64,000 nt of DNA from assembly GCA_963695345.1 (NCBI GenBank), contig OY968769.1, forward strand, positions 2,240,001-2,304,000. Reading direction: 5' to 3'. The position numbers and the translations under genes were made by a program. Shown here in pieces: positions 42,556 through 53,593 of this stretch; the stretch's first letter is position 1, and each line of letters starts with the position of its first letter. This DNA comes from an uncultured Methanomassiliicoccales archaeon (lineage in GTDB: Archaea; Thermoplasmatota; Thermoplasmata; Methanomassiliicoccales; UBA472). The notes under the pieces are model-generated. The model saw nothing but the letters and a program-made list of their open reading frames with translations, had not been told where the DNA came from and searched no databases.

Positions 42556-43263
42556 TTGAAATGTCCTTGGTGCGGTGTTGAGAACAAACCGGGGGCCGCG
42601 ACCTGCGTCGAATGCGGAGTCATGCTGTTGTCAGATGGGAGCATCGCCGGAACGGCGGCCAATCGAAGGTTGTTAGAACCCGTAAAGGCAAAGCCTAAGA
42701 CCCGAAGAAGCAGGGATGAGTCGTATGATTCGTATCGGGAGATAGGACAGACCGCTCTGATAGTGGGTGCGGTCATCGCGGCGGTGATCATCATCCTGGT
42801 GGCGCTGACATTCGTTGTTAAGGCGCCAACGGCCAACCCGGAGGGAGACACCCAAACCGCCCAACCCCTGGTGGGGACTTGGGTCACATCCGACCCTGCA
42901 TTGTTCATTGCCAGTACCAATTGGCCCACCGGCAACATGACAGCGATAGGTTACGAGAACCGCTCCTATACCTTTGTTATCACCGGGACCGACGACCCCG
43001 CCATTGTTAATGTTTACGTGACATACACGGTCCTCTTCTCAAATATAGGTCAGGGGGAGATGTACGGAACGGAACCGACGCCCAATGGCTACCAGGGAAA
43101 GGTTAACGGTACCACGCTTACACTGGAACAAGACGGCCTGTCGGCATTCTTCACCTACGATGGTGGCGTGATCACCGGTAACTGGTATGACCGGATGACA
43201 TTTTCCTATTTCACGGAAGATATACAATCTGGGAATGGCGGTTTCACCCTGATCAAACAATGA
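42556..43263 (+). CDS. Zinc-ribbon / TM / extracellular beta-domain protein, paralog 2
   Basis: TTG start giving (M)KCPWC..CVEC; TM; LVGTWVT...ITGNWYD. Confidence 0.8.
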   Translation: MKCPWCGVENKPGAATCVECGVMLLSDGSIAGTAANRRLLEPVKAKPKTRRSRDESYDSYREIGQTALIVGAVIAAVIIILVALTFVVKAPTANPEGDTQTAQPLVGTWVTSDPALFIASTNWPTGNMTAIGYENRSYTFVITGTDDPAIVNVYVTYTVLFSNIGQGEMYGTEPTPNGYQGKVNGTTLTLEQDGLSAFFTYDGGVITGNWYDRMTFSYFTEDIQSGNGGFTLIKQ

Positions 43264-43391
43264 AAGGCAAGGAAATGGATGTCAACCATTGGCCTTGAGA
43301 CCAGATCGGCCGACCAAGGATTCTCTACCTATACGAGGAAGGAGAAACACTTATCTGCCCACCATGCTTTTTCATTTGGGGGAAGTCGTTC

Positions 43392-44126
43392 ATGAAATGT
43401 CCTTGGTGCGGGGCAGACAGTCCGGTCGGAGCTATCTCTTGCTATAACTGCGGGATCACCTGGTCCGCGGAGAACGGGCCCAAGCCCTCCCCCAATGAGA
43501 TTCAGTGGCAAAATCGACCCCGGTACCAACCCGCCCAACCAGACAACTGGCAGGCCCCAAGCAAGCCCTATCAGATGAAGCCGAGGAAGCAACCGAACCA
43601 TGTGAATTTCACTGGCATCATCGTGGTGATAGTGCTGATCATGGTCCTGGTGTCGATCGCCGTGATCGGGTCAGGCAACATCAAGACCAGGGCCGATAAC
43701 CAGATCATCGGGCCATTGGATGGGACCTGGACGACGGAATCGACCACCATTTTCTACATGAAGACCGACTGGCCGAGCGGTCAGCTCACGGATGTCGGAT
43801 TCGAGGCGAGGAACGTGACCTTCGTGATCACCAGCACCTCCGAGCCGGAAAAGGTGGATGTGGAAATGTACTATTCCGTCGTATTCAGTACAGTCTCGTT
43901 TGACTCGTTCTACTATCCAGACCCCTCGCCGGAGCGCTACGACGGCAACTGGAACGGGAACTATCTAGAGCTCAGCCAGGACGGCATCCAAAAGGGCGTG
44001 TTCACCTTCACCGACACCGTCATGACCGGGACCTGGGACGACCTCGACCAGGACAGTGCCTTCTCCCAGGAATGCTACACCTCGACGGACGCGTTCATGC
44101 TGCAGAGGCCCTGGGTCGGGACCTAG
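43392..44126 (+). CDS. Zinc-ribbon / TM / extracellular beta-domain protein, paralog 3
   Basis: MKCPWC..CYNC; TM; LDGTWTT...MTGTWDD. Confidence 0.8.
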   Translation: MKCPWCGADSPVGAISCYNCGITWSAENGPKPSPNEIQWQNRPRYQPAQPDNWQAPSKPYQMKPRKQPNHVNFTGIIVVIVLIMVLVSIAVIGSGNIKTRADNQIIGPLDGTWTTESTTIFYMKTDWPSGQLTDVGFEARNVTFVITSTSEPEKVDVEMYYSVVFSTVSFDSFYYPDPSPERYDGNWNGNYLELSQDGIQKGVFTFTDTVMTGTWDDLDQDSAFSQECYTSTDAFMLQRPWVGT

Positions 44127-44196
44127 GTCCATCGGACCCGTCCTTACCTGATGATTTATTCGGAAGCAGTAGGTGGTCTGAGAGGGGAAAAGCAAC

Positions 44197-47100
44197 TTAC
44201 CGCTTCCTCGATCGCATGACCAGCACGAACCCGGCCGCCACCAGCACAGCGGCCATGATGGCGGCGATGAGCGCGAGGCCCAATGAACCGATCCCTCCGT
44301 TCCCGGTGTCCACCTCGAAAACCGCTCCCCTGACCACGGTGTTCCCCGCTCCGTCCGTTACCTCCACGGTCAGCACGTGATGGCCGTCCTTCAGCCCGGA
44401 CAGGTAGATGTGGCCACCGGAGATCGGCGCATAGGCGTTATCGTCGATCTTGTAGGCCATGGTCAGGATGCCGCTCCCCTCGTCGCCGGCGGTGATGTTC
44501 AGGAGGACGGTGGTCTCCTTCAGCACGGTACCGCTCTGTATCGGTAGGTCCACCGTCGGCTTGACCGAGTCGATTCCTACAACGATCGATGCGGTCCCTG
44601 TGTTCCCCGCCCTGTCCCCTGAACGCATCTCCAGCGTGTGGTTGCCTTCGCCGGTTATCTTGAAGGCGACCTCGGAATCGGTCCAATCGCCTCCGTCCAG
44701 CCGGTATTCGGTGGTCGCCACCCCGCTCCCGCTGTCCGTCCCGAGGACCGACCCGGTGACCGTCCCGGCGAACCATCCGGTCGTGCCCTGGGCACCGTTC
44801 AGAAGGGCGTCGGCGGTAGGGGCGGTCCGGTCGATGCTGAGGTTCAGGTAATGCGACGGTTCAACGTTCCCGGCCCGGTCGATGCTGCGGTAACGCAGGG
44901 ACTGCACAGCCATCGCCGGGGACCGTGAAGATCCCAGTATACTGGATCCACGATCCCGCGCCGGCCGCCCCCTGGAGCCGGTAATAGGTGCTGTTCACTC
45001 CGCTTCCGCCATCCGACCCCCGCAGGTCGACGGTGACGTTGCCGATGTACCAGCCAGCGTTTCCCCGGTCTCCGGAAACGACGGCGTCGCTGGTCGGTGC
45101 GGTCGCATCCACGGTGAAATTGTTCCAGCGCTGCGCTTCGACGTTCCCGGCCTGGTCACCGCTGCGGAAGGTGAGGGTGTGGTTCCCCGCTGCCCCCACG
45201 GCCACGGTGCCCAGATAGTCGGACCAGACACCTCCGTCGAGAGAATATCTGGTGAACAGCAGGCCGCTACCCAGGTCCTGCGAGGTGAGCCCGACGACGA
45301 CGCTGGCATTGAACATCATATCCGCCGGGTTCCCTGGCCCGACCACGGTGCAAGAGGTCGCCGGCGCTTCCCGATCTACCTTGAAGGACATCGTCCCGAT
45401 ATTGCCCCGATTCCCGGCGACGTCAACGGAAGCGTAATGGACGGTGTGGTCTCCCTGGTCGGTGAAATTGACTGCCCCTGAATATGTCAGCCACTCCCCT
45501 CCGTCCATCCGGTATTGCGTACTCTGCACGCCGCTCAGTTGGTCCGATGCGTCGATGGCCAGGGTAACGTTGGTCACGTACCACCCGGCGTTTCCGGTGA
45601 CGCCATTCACGGTCGCCGATGACGTCGGTCCCTCGAAGTCGATCCTGACCGTCAGGGTCCTCATGCTCTCGAAATTGCCGGCCACATCGGAGGAGAAGTA
45701 CTGGATGGAATGGATGCCCGGAGCCGAGCACTGGATAGGGCCGGTATATCCGGTCCACGTCCCGGAATCGATCCGGTACGAGGTGAGGGAGACGCCGCTG
45801 GTCAGGTCGCTCACGTTCAGCGTAATGTTCACCATCCGGGTGTTCCAACCTGGAGATGCCGTGCCATCGGTCATCGCCGTCGTTGTCGGCTTGGACCGGT
45901 CCAGCGTGGTCGACGCGTCCGCGATTGATGGAACCGTTTCTCGGTTGCCTGCCCGGTCCGTTGCCACCGAATAGAACTGGTACGGTCCGTCCTCCAGGCC
46001 CAGCGCCATTGGGTCAATGTGGATCGTCCCCCCGGTCCACTGGCTGGAGGACTCGGTTTCGTTCGTGTACAGCGAATAGGCCCCCGCCGTTCCCTTCCGG
46101 TAATATATCTGGACATAGGCGATCCCGGAACCGATGTCGTTCAGATTGCAGGTGAGGTCCGTCCCGGAGTCGTTCGTGAACGTCGACAGCGGACCGATCC
46201 ACGAGCTGGGCGGGTACGGGTCGGAGACCGTGACCATCACATTGTCTATGAACACGCCGGGATAGCCGATGTCCAGCTCATGGTCGCTGACGAAGCGGAA
46301 CTCCAGGGACACGGCGTCGGATGGTATGGCCACATCGACCCTTGCCCATCCCCCGGAGATAGGGGTGGGCTGGACCCAGATGACCCGCCACGAGTGGCCA
46401 TCATTGATCCGGACGTACAAGTGATCGGTGCCGTTGGTGATCGCCCAGTACTCGAAGGAAAGTCTGGCGCCGCTGGTCCCGGTCAGGTCGGGCAGGACGA
46501 TGCTGACCGAGGCGTTCATGTGCACGTCGTAATATCCGTTCATGCCGTTGGGCAGACCGTTCCAGCCGATCCCCGAGCCGGCGCACCATAGGGCCTGGGA
46601 ACCGGTCCCGGAGAGCAACGTGCTAATTGCCCAAAGGTCCGTTCCGGCGGAGGCGTCGGTATCCTCGGCGTACCAAGAATCCGTTCCAGAAGGCTCGAAA
46701 TCATCGAAAAGGACGGCGGAAATCCCTTCCCATATGACGTTGTCGATCCAGCCGCAGTCGCTGCCGTTGCTGTTGTACTGGTCCTTGGCATAGGTCCATT
46801 CCAGCCGGTGGACCCCGGTGTGGATCGAGCTGGCCACCGTCGTCCAGGAGGTATCGTTGGAGATCCTCTGGACCAGAGTCCCGTCGATGAGGAAGTTCAG
46901 GTAGTCGTAGTCCGGCTCCGAGGAGACCTTCCAGTCGAACGAGAAGGTCCCCGGGCCCCGGACCTCGGCTATCAGCGTCGAGTTGCTGGAATCCCCGACA
47001 TCGCCGCTCTGCATGACGTGCGTCCGTCCTTGGACGTCCCTGACCCCCACCCACTGCGTTTCGGTCGAGTAAGTGAACGCCCCATCATAGTACGACAGCG

Positions 47101-48592
47101 CCTCGGACGGTGCGACGATGGATTCGGAGGGAAGCTGCGATATGATGCTGGCCGGCGTCCTGGTCGGAAGGCCGGCGGTCTCGGGACCGATCGCCGACGC
47201 CTTTCCCGCGACATAGGGGCCGGCGTACCACTCCAACCGGTACGAGGAGACCGTCCCGCTTATGTAGGATTCCCCGACGGTCAGCCTGATGCCGAAATCG
47301 CTGTCCATCAGATAGGCCGACAGGTCAGATATGTCCTGGCACATGAACGAGGGCATGAAGCTGTATGAATTGGTGTAGAAATATGGAGACACCTCGGCCA
47401 TCACCGCACCGTCGAGGTAACGGACCGCCGAGAAGGTTATCGGCGCGTCGAAGGTCGGCGACCAGTTGAAATGAAGGACGGCGAGGCTGGACGGCCGATA
47501 GTCGGCCTTGTCGGTCAACGAGATGGCCTGGAGCAGGTTGCCGATCTCCTCCACGGCGTCGTAGGAGATCCAGAAATAGCCGCTGTCACCGAACGAGCTT
47601 CCCCAGGAGTTCACCGCCTTGAACGCCCCGACATCTCCGTCGTCGGTGATGCTGTCATCGTAGCCAACGATGGTGACAGCGTGGTTGGTGTACGATGATC
47701 CATACTCATCCGAGGAAAGGACGTAGTTACCGTCCGCGAAGGCGGATGCCGGATTTCCGCCGATCGCCGAGGAGTTCAGCGCGATGGTCACCGGGTGGTC
47801 CGAGGCCAGGGAGGCTTTGATGTCCCGGATGGTCGCGGTTCCGGTATAGGGATAGTAGACGACATCATCGACCCGGTGCGCGGGAGCGTCCCTCCAGGCC
47901 GCCTCGTTCCCCCAGTCCTCATAGTCGGTGGAGTCGTATGGCAACAGGCTCCAGGTGCATACCCCGAGGGACTTGGCCACCAGGGCGTTGTCGGCGATTA
48001 TCGACCCGCCCCCGTTGATGATCACCTTGTTGAACGTCCAGCCGGGGCTCAGGAGGTGATCCTCGTTCCCCAGGCAGGCGTCGGTCCAACCGTTGTCCTC
48101 GGCCTCCAGGTAGCCATAGTTATAGTAGATCACCGAGAAGGCGGCGCAGGTCTCCCCGGTGCTCTGGTCGCGGACCTCCGGAAAGTACGGTTGGGACGAG
48201 ATGTCGTAGGCCGACGGCGTTGTCAGAAGGTACGCCGCATCATAGCTGTCGAAAACGGCGATCTTGCCGACCAGGGAATCCAGGCGCTCTTCGGTGAGGT
48301 TCGACAGTCCGGTGGTATGTGTTCCATCCGACGGGGCACCGGTCGTGATGCTATCCTGTGTCCCTCTGTTGATCAGCTGTTCCTTCATCCGCTGTATGTC
48401 CGCTTCAGTGGCCAGGTGATAGTTCAGGGACCCGGTCGCGCCATGATCGTCATGTCCTGCCGATATCCCAGTATCGGATGGAGCAGATGCCGACCAATCC
48501 GGTGTTCCCGATGAAAGCGCAAGGTCCAGGCTGCTCATGAGGGTGAAGAATACCAAAATCAAGACGAGAACATTGGTCATCCCATGTTTCAT
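44197..48592 (-). CDS. Membrane-anchored papain-like (C1A) cysteine protease with jelly-roll and multiple Ig/OmpL47-type repeats (frameshift near 44910)
   Basis: VRDQSTGETCAAF (Gln/Cys), NHAVTIVGYDD (His), KAVNSWG (Asn); repeats SGV..T.YR.DGG.W..Y...G.H...Y.S.D.AGN; C-terminal TM plus RSRKR. Confidence 0.88.
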
Positions 48593-48893
48593 AGATCCAG
48601 CCAGTCGATACCCTTTTCGCCCGATATTGACCCGGTAGGTTTTGAAACTATGTCGGCCACCAGTCCGGTACAGTGCCCAACAAGGTTCCACCGGGTTCTT
48701 AGGGCTTATCAGATGCATCTCTATAGGGTCGTATATAAATAACCAATCGACAACCGAATCTCAATGCTCGATACTTCGCTCTGATGGCGAGAAGGCTGGA
48801 ACCAATCATAATTCATGAAATTCATCGTTTAGAACAGAAACCCTTTAATTACCGACCGTGGTCGGGTTATTACCAAACTATTGGTGGGGACCA

Positions 48894-50570
48894 ATGGAAC
48901 TACTGTACGTCGACGATGAGCCTTCACTTCTTGAACTGGGAAAGGAATTCCTCGAGCTCCAACCCGACCTCCATGTAACCACCCAGGTCGATCCGGTCGA
49001 AGCGCTCGCCCTGCTGAACGACAAGCACTTCGACATCATCGTCTCCGATTACATGATGCCGGGACTGACCGGACTGGAGTTCTTCAAACGCCTGCGCATC
49101 ACGGGCATTAACACTCCGTTCATCCTCTTCACCGGCAAGGGCCGGGAGGAGGTGGTCATGGACGCCATGCGGCATGGCGTCGATTTCTACATCAAGAAAG
49201 GTGGCGACGCCCAGAGCCAATTCGCCGAGCTCGTCAACGCCATCAGGCAATGCACCGCGCGCAAGGAGGCGGAGGAAGCCCTCGAGCACAACTCCCGCCG
49301 TTTCCGCACCATGATCGAGAACCAGTCGGAGATCATCGCGATCTCGGACATGTACGGGAACATCACTTTCGTCTCGAACTCGCTGAAAAGGATCCTCGGC
49401 TACGAGTCCGAGGAGTTCATCGGGAGGAACATCGCGAAGTTCTTCGTGGACCCGGCCCAGTTCGACCTCCGGCCCAGGATCGGCAGGCCAGAGATGTCCT
49501 CCGATATGACCTTCAAGATGGAAGCGGAGATGAGGCATAAGGACGGCTCGACCCGGTACATGGAGATGAGAGGACAGTTGTTGAAAAGGGACGGCGTGTG
49601 CAACGAGGTCCTGGTGAACGCCTACGACATAACCGGCCGCAGGCAGGACGAGAGGCGTATCAATCATCTGATCAACGTCCTCAAGGCCATCAGGCAGGTC
49701 AACAAGTCCATCACCACCGAGACCGATCCGACGTCGCTGCTCAAGAGGGTCTGCGACATAGCCGTCGAACGCGGCTATTCCACCGCTTGGGCGATAATTT
49801 TTGGGGATGGCGACAGACCTGCCCGTCTGGCCGAGACCGGTATCGGGCAGCCGTTCGAAGAAGTACGGGGCAAGTACCAGGCGGAGGAACCGCTCCTGTG
49901 CACCAACTATATCCTATCGGGAGAGGACATCATGGTCAATGAGATGCCCCAGAACACCTGTCCCGATTGCCCGCTGAACAGTTTCCCCCACGACCACATA
50001 CACGTGGCCAAACCGCTCGCCTACGCCGGCAGGACATTCGGCCAGTTCTCGGTCACGCTGCCGCAGGAGCTGTTCTCCCCGGATGAACTGTCGGTGCTCG
50101 GGGAGATCGCCGAGGACATGTCCTTCGCCTTGCACCATCTGCTGTTGGGGCAGGAGAACGAGGACCAGAAGCTCACCATGGTCAAGATGAAGCGATTTTT
50201 CCTGGAACGCTTCACCATGATGGACGAACCCACCTTCGTTGTGAGACAAGAGACCTCAGAGGCGGGCAAAGCACGGCTGACCATCGAGGGTGCCAGCCAA
50301 GCTTTCCTCCAGGCCACGGGATTCAATGGTACGCTGACCGGGATGGACGTTTCCGCCCTGGCGGAGAACCTTCCTGATGGCAGGGAACTGGTTCGGATAA
50401 TCGAGGAGGTCGTCCAATCGAAGATCCCCCAGTCGGTCTCGATCCGTTCCGCCTTCACCGGGGATGATTACCTGGCGTTCATCTTCGCTCCCGGCACCGA
50501 TTATTCCGGGATAATGATGATACGGTCGGTAAAGACGGCAATATCGTTGTGCGTAGGCCGGGCTGGATAA
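48894..50570 (+). CDS. Response regulator REC-PAS-GAF(-PAS) protein with no kinase or DNA-binding output
   Basis: LLYVDDE, IIVSDYMMP, FILFTGKG, YIKK; PAS ILGYESEEFIG, HKDGS; GAF. Confidence 0.88.
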   Translation: MELLYVDDEPSLLELGKEFLELQPDLHVTTQVDPVEALALLNDKHFDIIVSDYMMPGLTGLEFFKRLRITGINTPFILFTGKGREEVVMDAMRHGVDFYIKKGGDAQSQFAELVNAIRQCTARKEAEEALEHNSRRFRTMIENQSEIIAISDMYGNITFVSNSLKRILGYESEEFIGRNIAKFFVDPAQFDLRPRIGRPEMSSDMTFKMEAEMRHKDGSTRYMEMRGQLLKRDGVCNEVLVNAYDITGRRQDERRINHLINVLKAIRQVNKSITTETDPTSLLKRVCDIAVERGYSTAWAIIFGDGDRPARLAETGIGQPFEEVRGKYQAEEPLLCTNYILSGEDIMVNEMPQNTCPDCPLNSFPHDHIHVAKPLAYAGRTFGQFSVTLPQELFSPDELSVLGEIAEDMSFALHHLLLGQENEDQKLTMVKMKRFFLERFTMMDEPTFVVRQETSEAGKARLTIEGASQAFLQATGFNGTLTGMDVSALAENLPDGRELVRIIEEVVQSKIPQSVSIRSAFTGDDYLAFIFAPGTDYSGIMMIRSVKTAISLCVGRAG

Positions 50571-50672
50571 CGCAAAATACGATGGACAAAGGTCGCCCCG
50601 GATTCTTGCCGAATCCCGCAGGGTACATCCCCAGGCTTTAGAGGGATGATACCTAATCTGAACGAATTCCGA

Positions 50673-53369
50673 CTAGCTGCCCGCGTCCTTCGGCAAGGTG
50701 AAGAAGAACGTCGACCCTACACCTTCCTCTGATTCCACCCACACCTTTCCCCTATGCCTTTCCACGATCTTCTTCACGATGGCCAGTCCCACCCCGGTGC
50801 CCTCGTACCGGCCGTGCGTGTGCAACCGCTGGAACATCTGGAAGATCCGCGCCGTGTGCTCCATGTTCATCCCGATGCCGTTGTCCTCGATGGAGAAGAT
50901 CCATCTGTTGCGGTCCTCCGAGCAGCTGATATGAACCAGCGGGGGCACGTCCGGTCTGGTGAACTTCAAGGCGTTCGCCAACAGGTTCTGCATGAGCTGG
51001 CCCAGCTGCAGGGCGTCGCCGGTCACCACCGGAAGGTCGTCCAGCACGATCTTGGCCCGGCTCTCGGTGATCATCAGGTCATAGATCATGAGCGTTTCGT
51101 GGGCTATGCGGTTCATGTCCACCTTGTTGATGAGCCTGACCTTGGTCTCCACCCGGGAGTATTCCAGCAGGTCATCGATCAGGGCCTTCATCCTTTTCCC
51201 GCCGGAGATCGCGTAGTCCATGTATTCCCTGGCCTCGCTGTCCAAGGTAGCTGAGTGTTTCCTTTCCAGCAAGGATAGGTAGCTGGTCACCATCCGGAGC
51301 GGTTCCTGCAGGTCGTGCGAGGCGAGGTAGGCGAACTGTTGCAGCTCCTGGTTGGAACGGACCAGTTCATCCGCCCGCTCATTCAGTGCCTCCTCCATTT
51401 CCTTGAGGGCGGAGATGTCCACGAACACCGTGGCGAACTGCCCCTCGACCGGTGAGAAGGCGGAGATCCGGAAATGCTTGTCCATGGGCGGGAAGAAGGC
51501 GTCGAACGAACAGGGCTCACCGGTCTCCGCCACCTTCTGGTAGATGTCCAGGAACGGAGCCTCCCCGCCCCCGTACAATTCGGAGGCGAGCATGCCTACG
51601 GCTTTATCTTTGGCGATGCCGGTAATGCTCTCAAAGACCGCGTTCACTTTCATTATCCGGAAGTCCACTGCCATTCCGTCGCCATCGTATACCAGACTCT
51701 GTAGGGCCATCCCCTCATTGCTGGCCGAGAACAAGGATTCGAACTCCCGTCTGCTCTCCTTTGAGATCGTCCTCCACCAGGTACTTCGCCAGGGAGACCG
51801 CCAGATAGCCGGCCAGGTCCTCCCATTGCCCCAACGCGTTCTACCGAGAACATGCCAGTCCTGCGGTCCTTCAGTTCTAGAAGGCCATGGGTCTGGTTGC
51901 CGGCCCGCAGGGGGATGAGCGCCACCGATCCGTAACCATCCCGTCCCGTTCGGTCGCCAATGAATGAATGGATGTCTCCCTCCGTCCTGGTCTCCGGAAT
52001 CGTGGCGTTGTTCGTCCAGAAGGTCCCGTGGCCGGAGAAGGACGGTTCCGTTGGATCGGACCTTCCCGGGACCGGGTTCTCCCCGACGGAGTCCTCGGCG
52101 AGACGGCCTCCAGTCTCCGGTCCCTGGGGCTCCATCCGCATCATCCAAGCGCAGGGAGGAATCGTTCATGGCCGGCACCGGGGAAGATCTCACCGCATGG
52201 TACGGACCTTTCTCATCCTCCCCTAGAAGGACATTGACATCCTCGCAGCCGGACTCCTTCTTGAAGAACAGTGTGGCGGCGTTCACCAGGTCTTCCGTGG
52301 TATGGCTCTCATTGATCAGGTGGAGGAACTCGATGGTGGTCTCGCGCGCCCTTTCTGCCCGCTTGCTGTCCGTAATGTCGCGGACGACCGACACGGACCC
52401 GATGATCTGGCCGTTCGCGTCCCGGACCGGTGAGGCGTTGACCTGCCGGTATCGGAGCTCCCCGTTGACCGGCGATCTTACCATATCCTCCTGACCTTTC
52501 ACCACCTCTCCCTTCAGCGCCTTCTGGTACGGTGCCTCGTATTCCGGGCGGAGGCTTCCATCGATGCGAAACACCTCCATGACCGTTGCCACCCTATCCG
52601 CCGCCGGATTGGTGAGCGTGAGCTTGCCCTCCAGGTCGGCGAACCACACCTCATCGCTGATGCTGCCCACCAACGAGGTCAGACGGTCCCTCTCCTGGAC
52701 CAAAGCGTGTTCGGCCCGTCTGCGCTCCGTGATCTCCTGGAATGCCCGGCGCCGCTGAACATGGAGATGCCACGAGCTGGTCGAGGCGATCAGGCAGACG
52801 AACAACAGGCTGACCAATATTGGGAACAGGACCATGACCGAGATCTGAGTCGCGAACATCAGGATCAAGGTCTCCCCCAGGGCCAGGAAGGAAGCCAGCC
52901 CGATCTGGACGGGGAACCTGGTCGGGATGATGAGGAGAATGATGAAGACGAACGCCGCCACCACGATCACGTGGACCGCAAAGTTCTGGGGTCGGGTGAG
53001 GTTTATTATCAGGTTGACGACCATGGAAACAGTCAGCCAGGCGGTGATGGATTTGTCATATGATAGGTGATCCGCTGATCTGACCAGTATATAGAGCAGG
53101 CCTACGCTGTATATTCCCAATCCCGTTCGCAGGATCGCCAACCAGTAGAAGCCGGCCGAGTCGCCGAAGAACTGGTAGTCGTTGAAGACATAGACCATTA
53201 TGGGAACGAATATCAGAAGTATCCCGATCCTGGCCTGACGGATGTCGCTGGGAAGGCTGTATTGCCTGAACGATCGCTCCTGCTCGGCAGACAATCCGAA
53301 CGACCGGACCTCATGGAGCATTTGCTGGCCTCGATGCAATGCCCAGTTGCTCCAGCTTTGACTCCCCAT
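50673..53369 (-). CDS. Membrane sensor histidine kinase (TM-PAS-GAF-PAS-HisKA-HATPase); compensating internal frameshifts at about 51770-52100
   Basis: FAYLASHDLQEPLRMV, QNLLANALKF, DNGIG, GTGVGLAIVKKIV; true GAF sequence lies in alternative frame 51653..52144 (SVALIPLRAG..HGLLEL). Confidence 0.9.
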   Translation of the reverse strand: MGSQSWSNWALHRGQQMLHEVRSFGLSAEQERSFRQYSLPSDIRQARIGILLIFVPIMVYVFNDYQFFGDSAGFYWLAILRTGLGIYSVGLLYILVRSADHLSYDKSITAWLTVSMVVNLIINLTRPQNFAVHVIVVAAFVFIILLIIPTRFPVQIGLASFLALGETLILMFATQISVMVLFPILVSLLFVCLIASTSSWHLHVQRRRAFQEITERRRAEHALVQERDRLTSLVGSISDEVWFADLEGKLTLTNPAADRVATVMEVFRIDGSLRPEYEAPYQKALKGEVVKGQEDMVRSPVNGELRYRQVNASPVRDANGQIIGSVSVVRDITDSKRAERARETTIEFLHLINESHTTEDLVNAATLFFKKESGCEDVNVLLGEDEKGPYHAVRSSPVPAMNDSSLRLDDADGAPGTGDWRPSRRGLRRGEPGPGKVRSNGTVLLRPRDLLDEQRHDSGDQDGGRHPFIHWRPNGTGWLRIGGAHPPAGRQPDPWPSRTEGPQDWHVLGRTRWGNGRTWPAIWRSPWRSTWWRTISKESRREFESLFSASNEGMALQSLVYDGDGMAVDFRIMKVNAVFESITGIAKDKAVGMLASELYGGGEAPFLDIYQKVAETGEPCSFDAFFPPMDKHFRISAFSPVEGQFATVFVDISALKEMEEALNERADELVRSNQELQQFAYLASHDLQEPLRMVTSYLSLLERKHSATLDSEAREYMDYAISGGKRMKALIDDLLEYSRVETKVRLINKVDMNRIAHETLMIYDLMITESRAKIVLDDLPVVTGDALQLGQLMQNLLANALKFTRPDVPPLVHISCSEDRNRWIFSIEDNGIGMNMEHTARIFQMFQRLHTHGRYEGTGVGLAIVKKIVERHRGKVWVESEEGVGSTFFFTLPKDAGS

Positions 53370-53593
53370 CCTAGGATAAATGACCAGTAATTGATTATTT
53401 GATTCTTTCCCACATTGATGGATGGTGGACGGATGTTCCTGAATGGATTCCTGGAGGGCCAGGTGCCCAGTTGTCGATCATCCATTCCAGCCGATCCTTC
53501 CAGGCCGACAGGATGATTTCGTGGAGAGACTTCGGCGAAATAGTGTTCTGAAAGAGTTTGGTTCTTAGGAATGCAGGGTGGAGGCCCCACATC

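Noticed and set aside
51770-52100. Unusual Arg/Pro/Trp-rich insertion in the 898-aa kinase
   Set aside because: Artefact of compensating frameshifts; the real GAF sequence is in alternative frames
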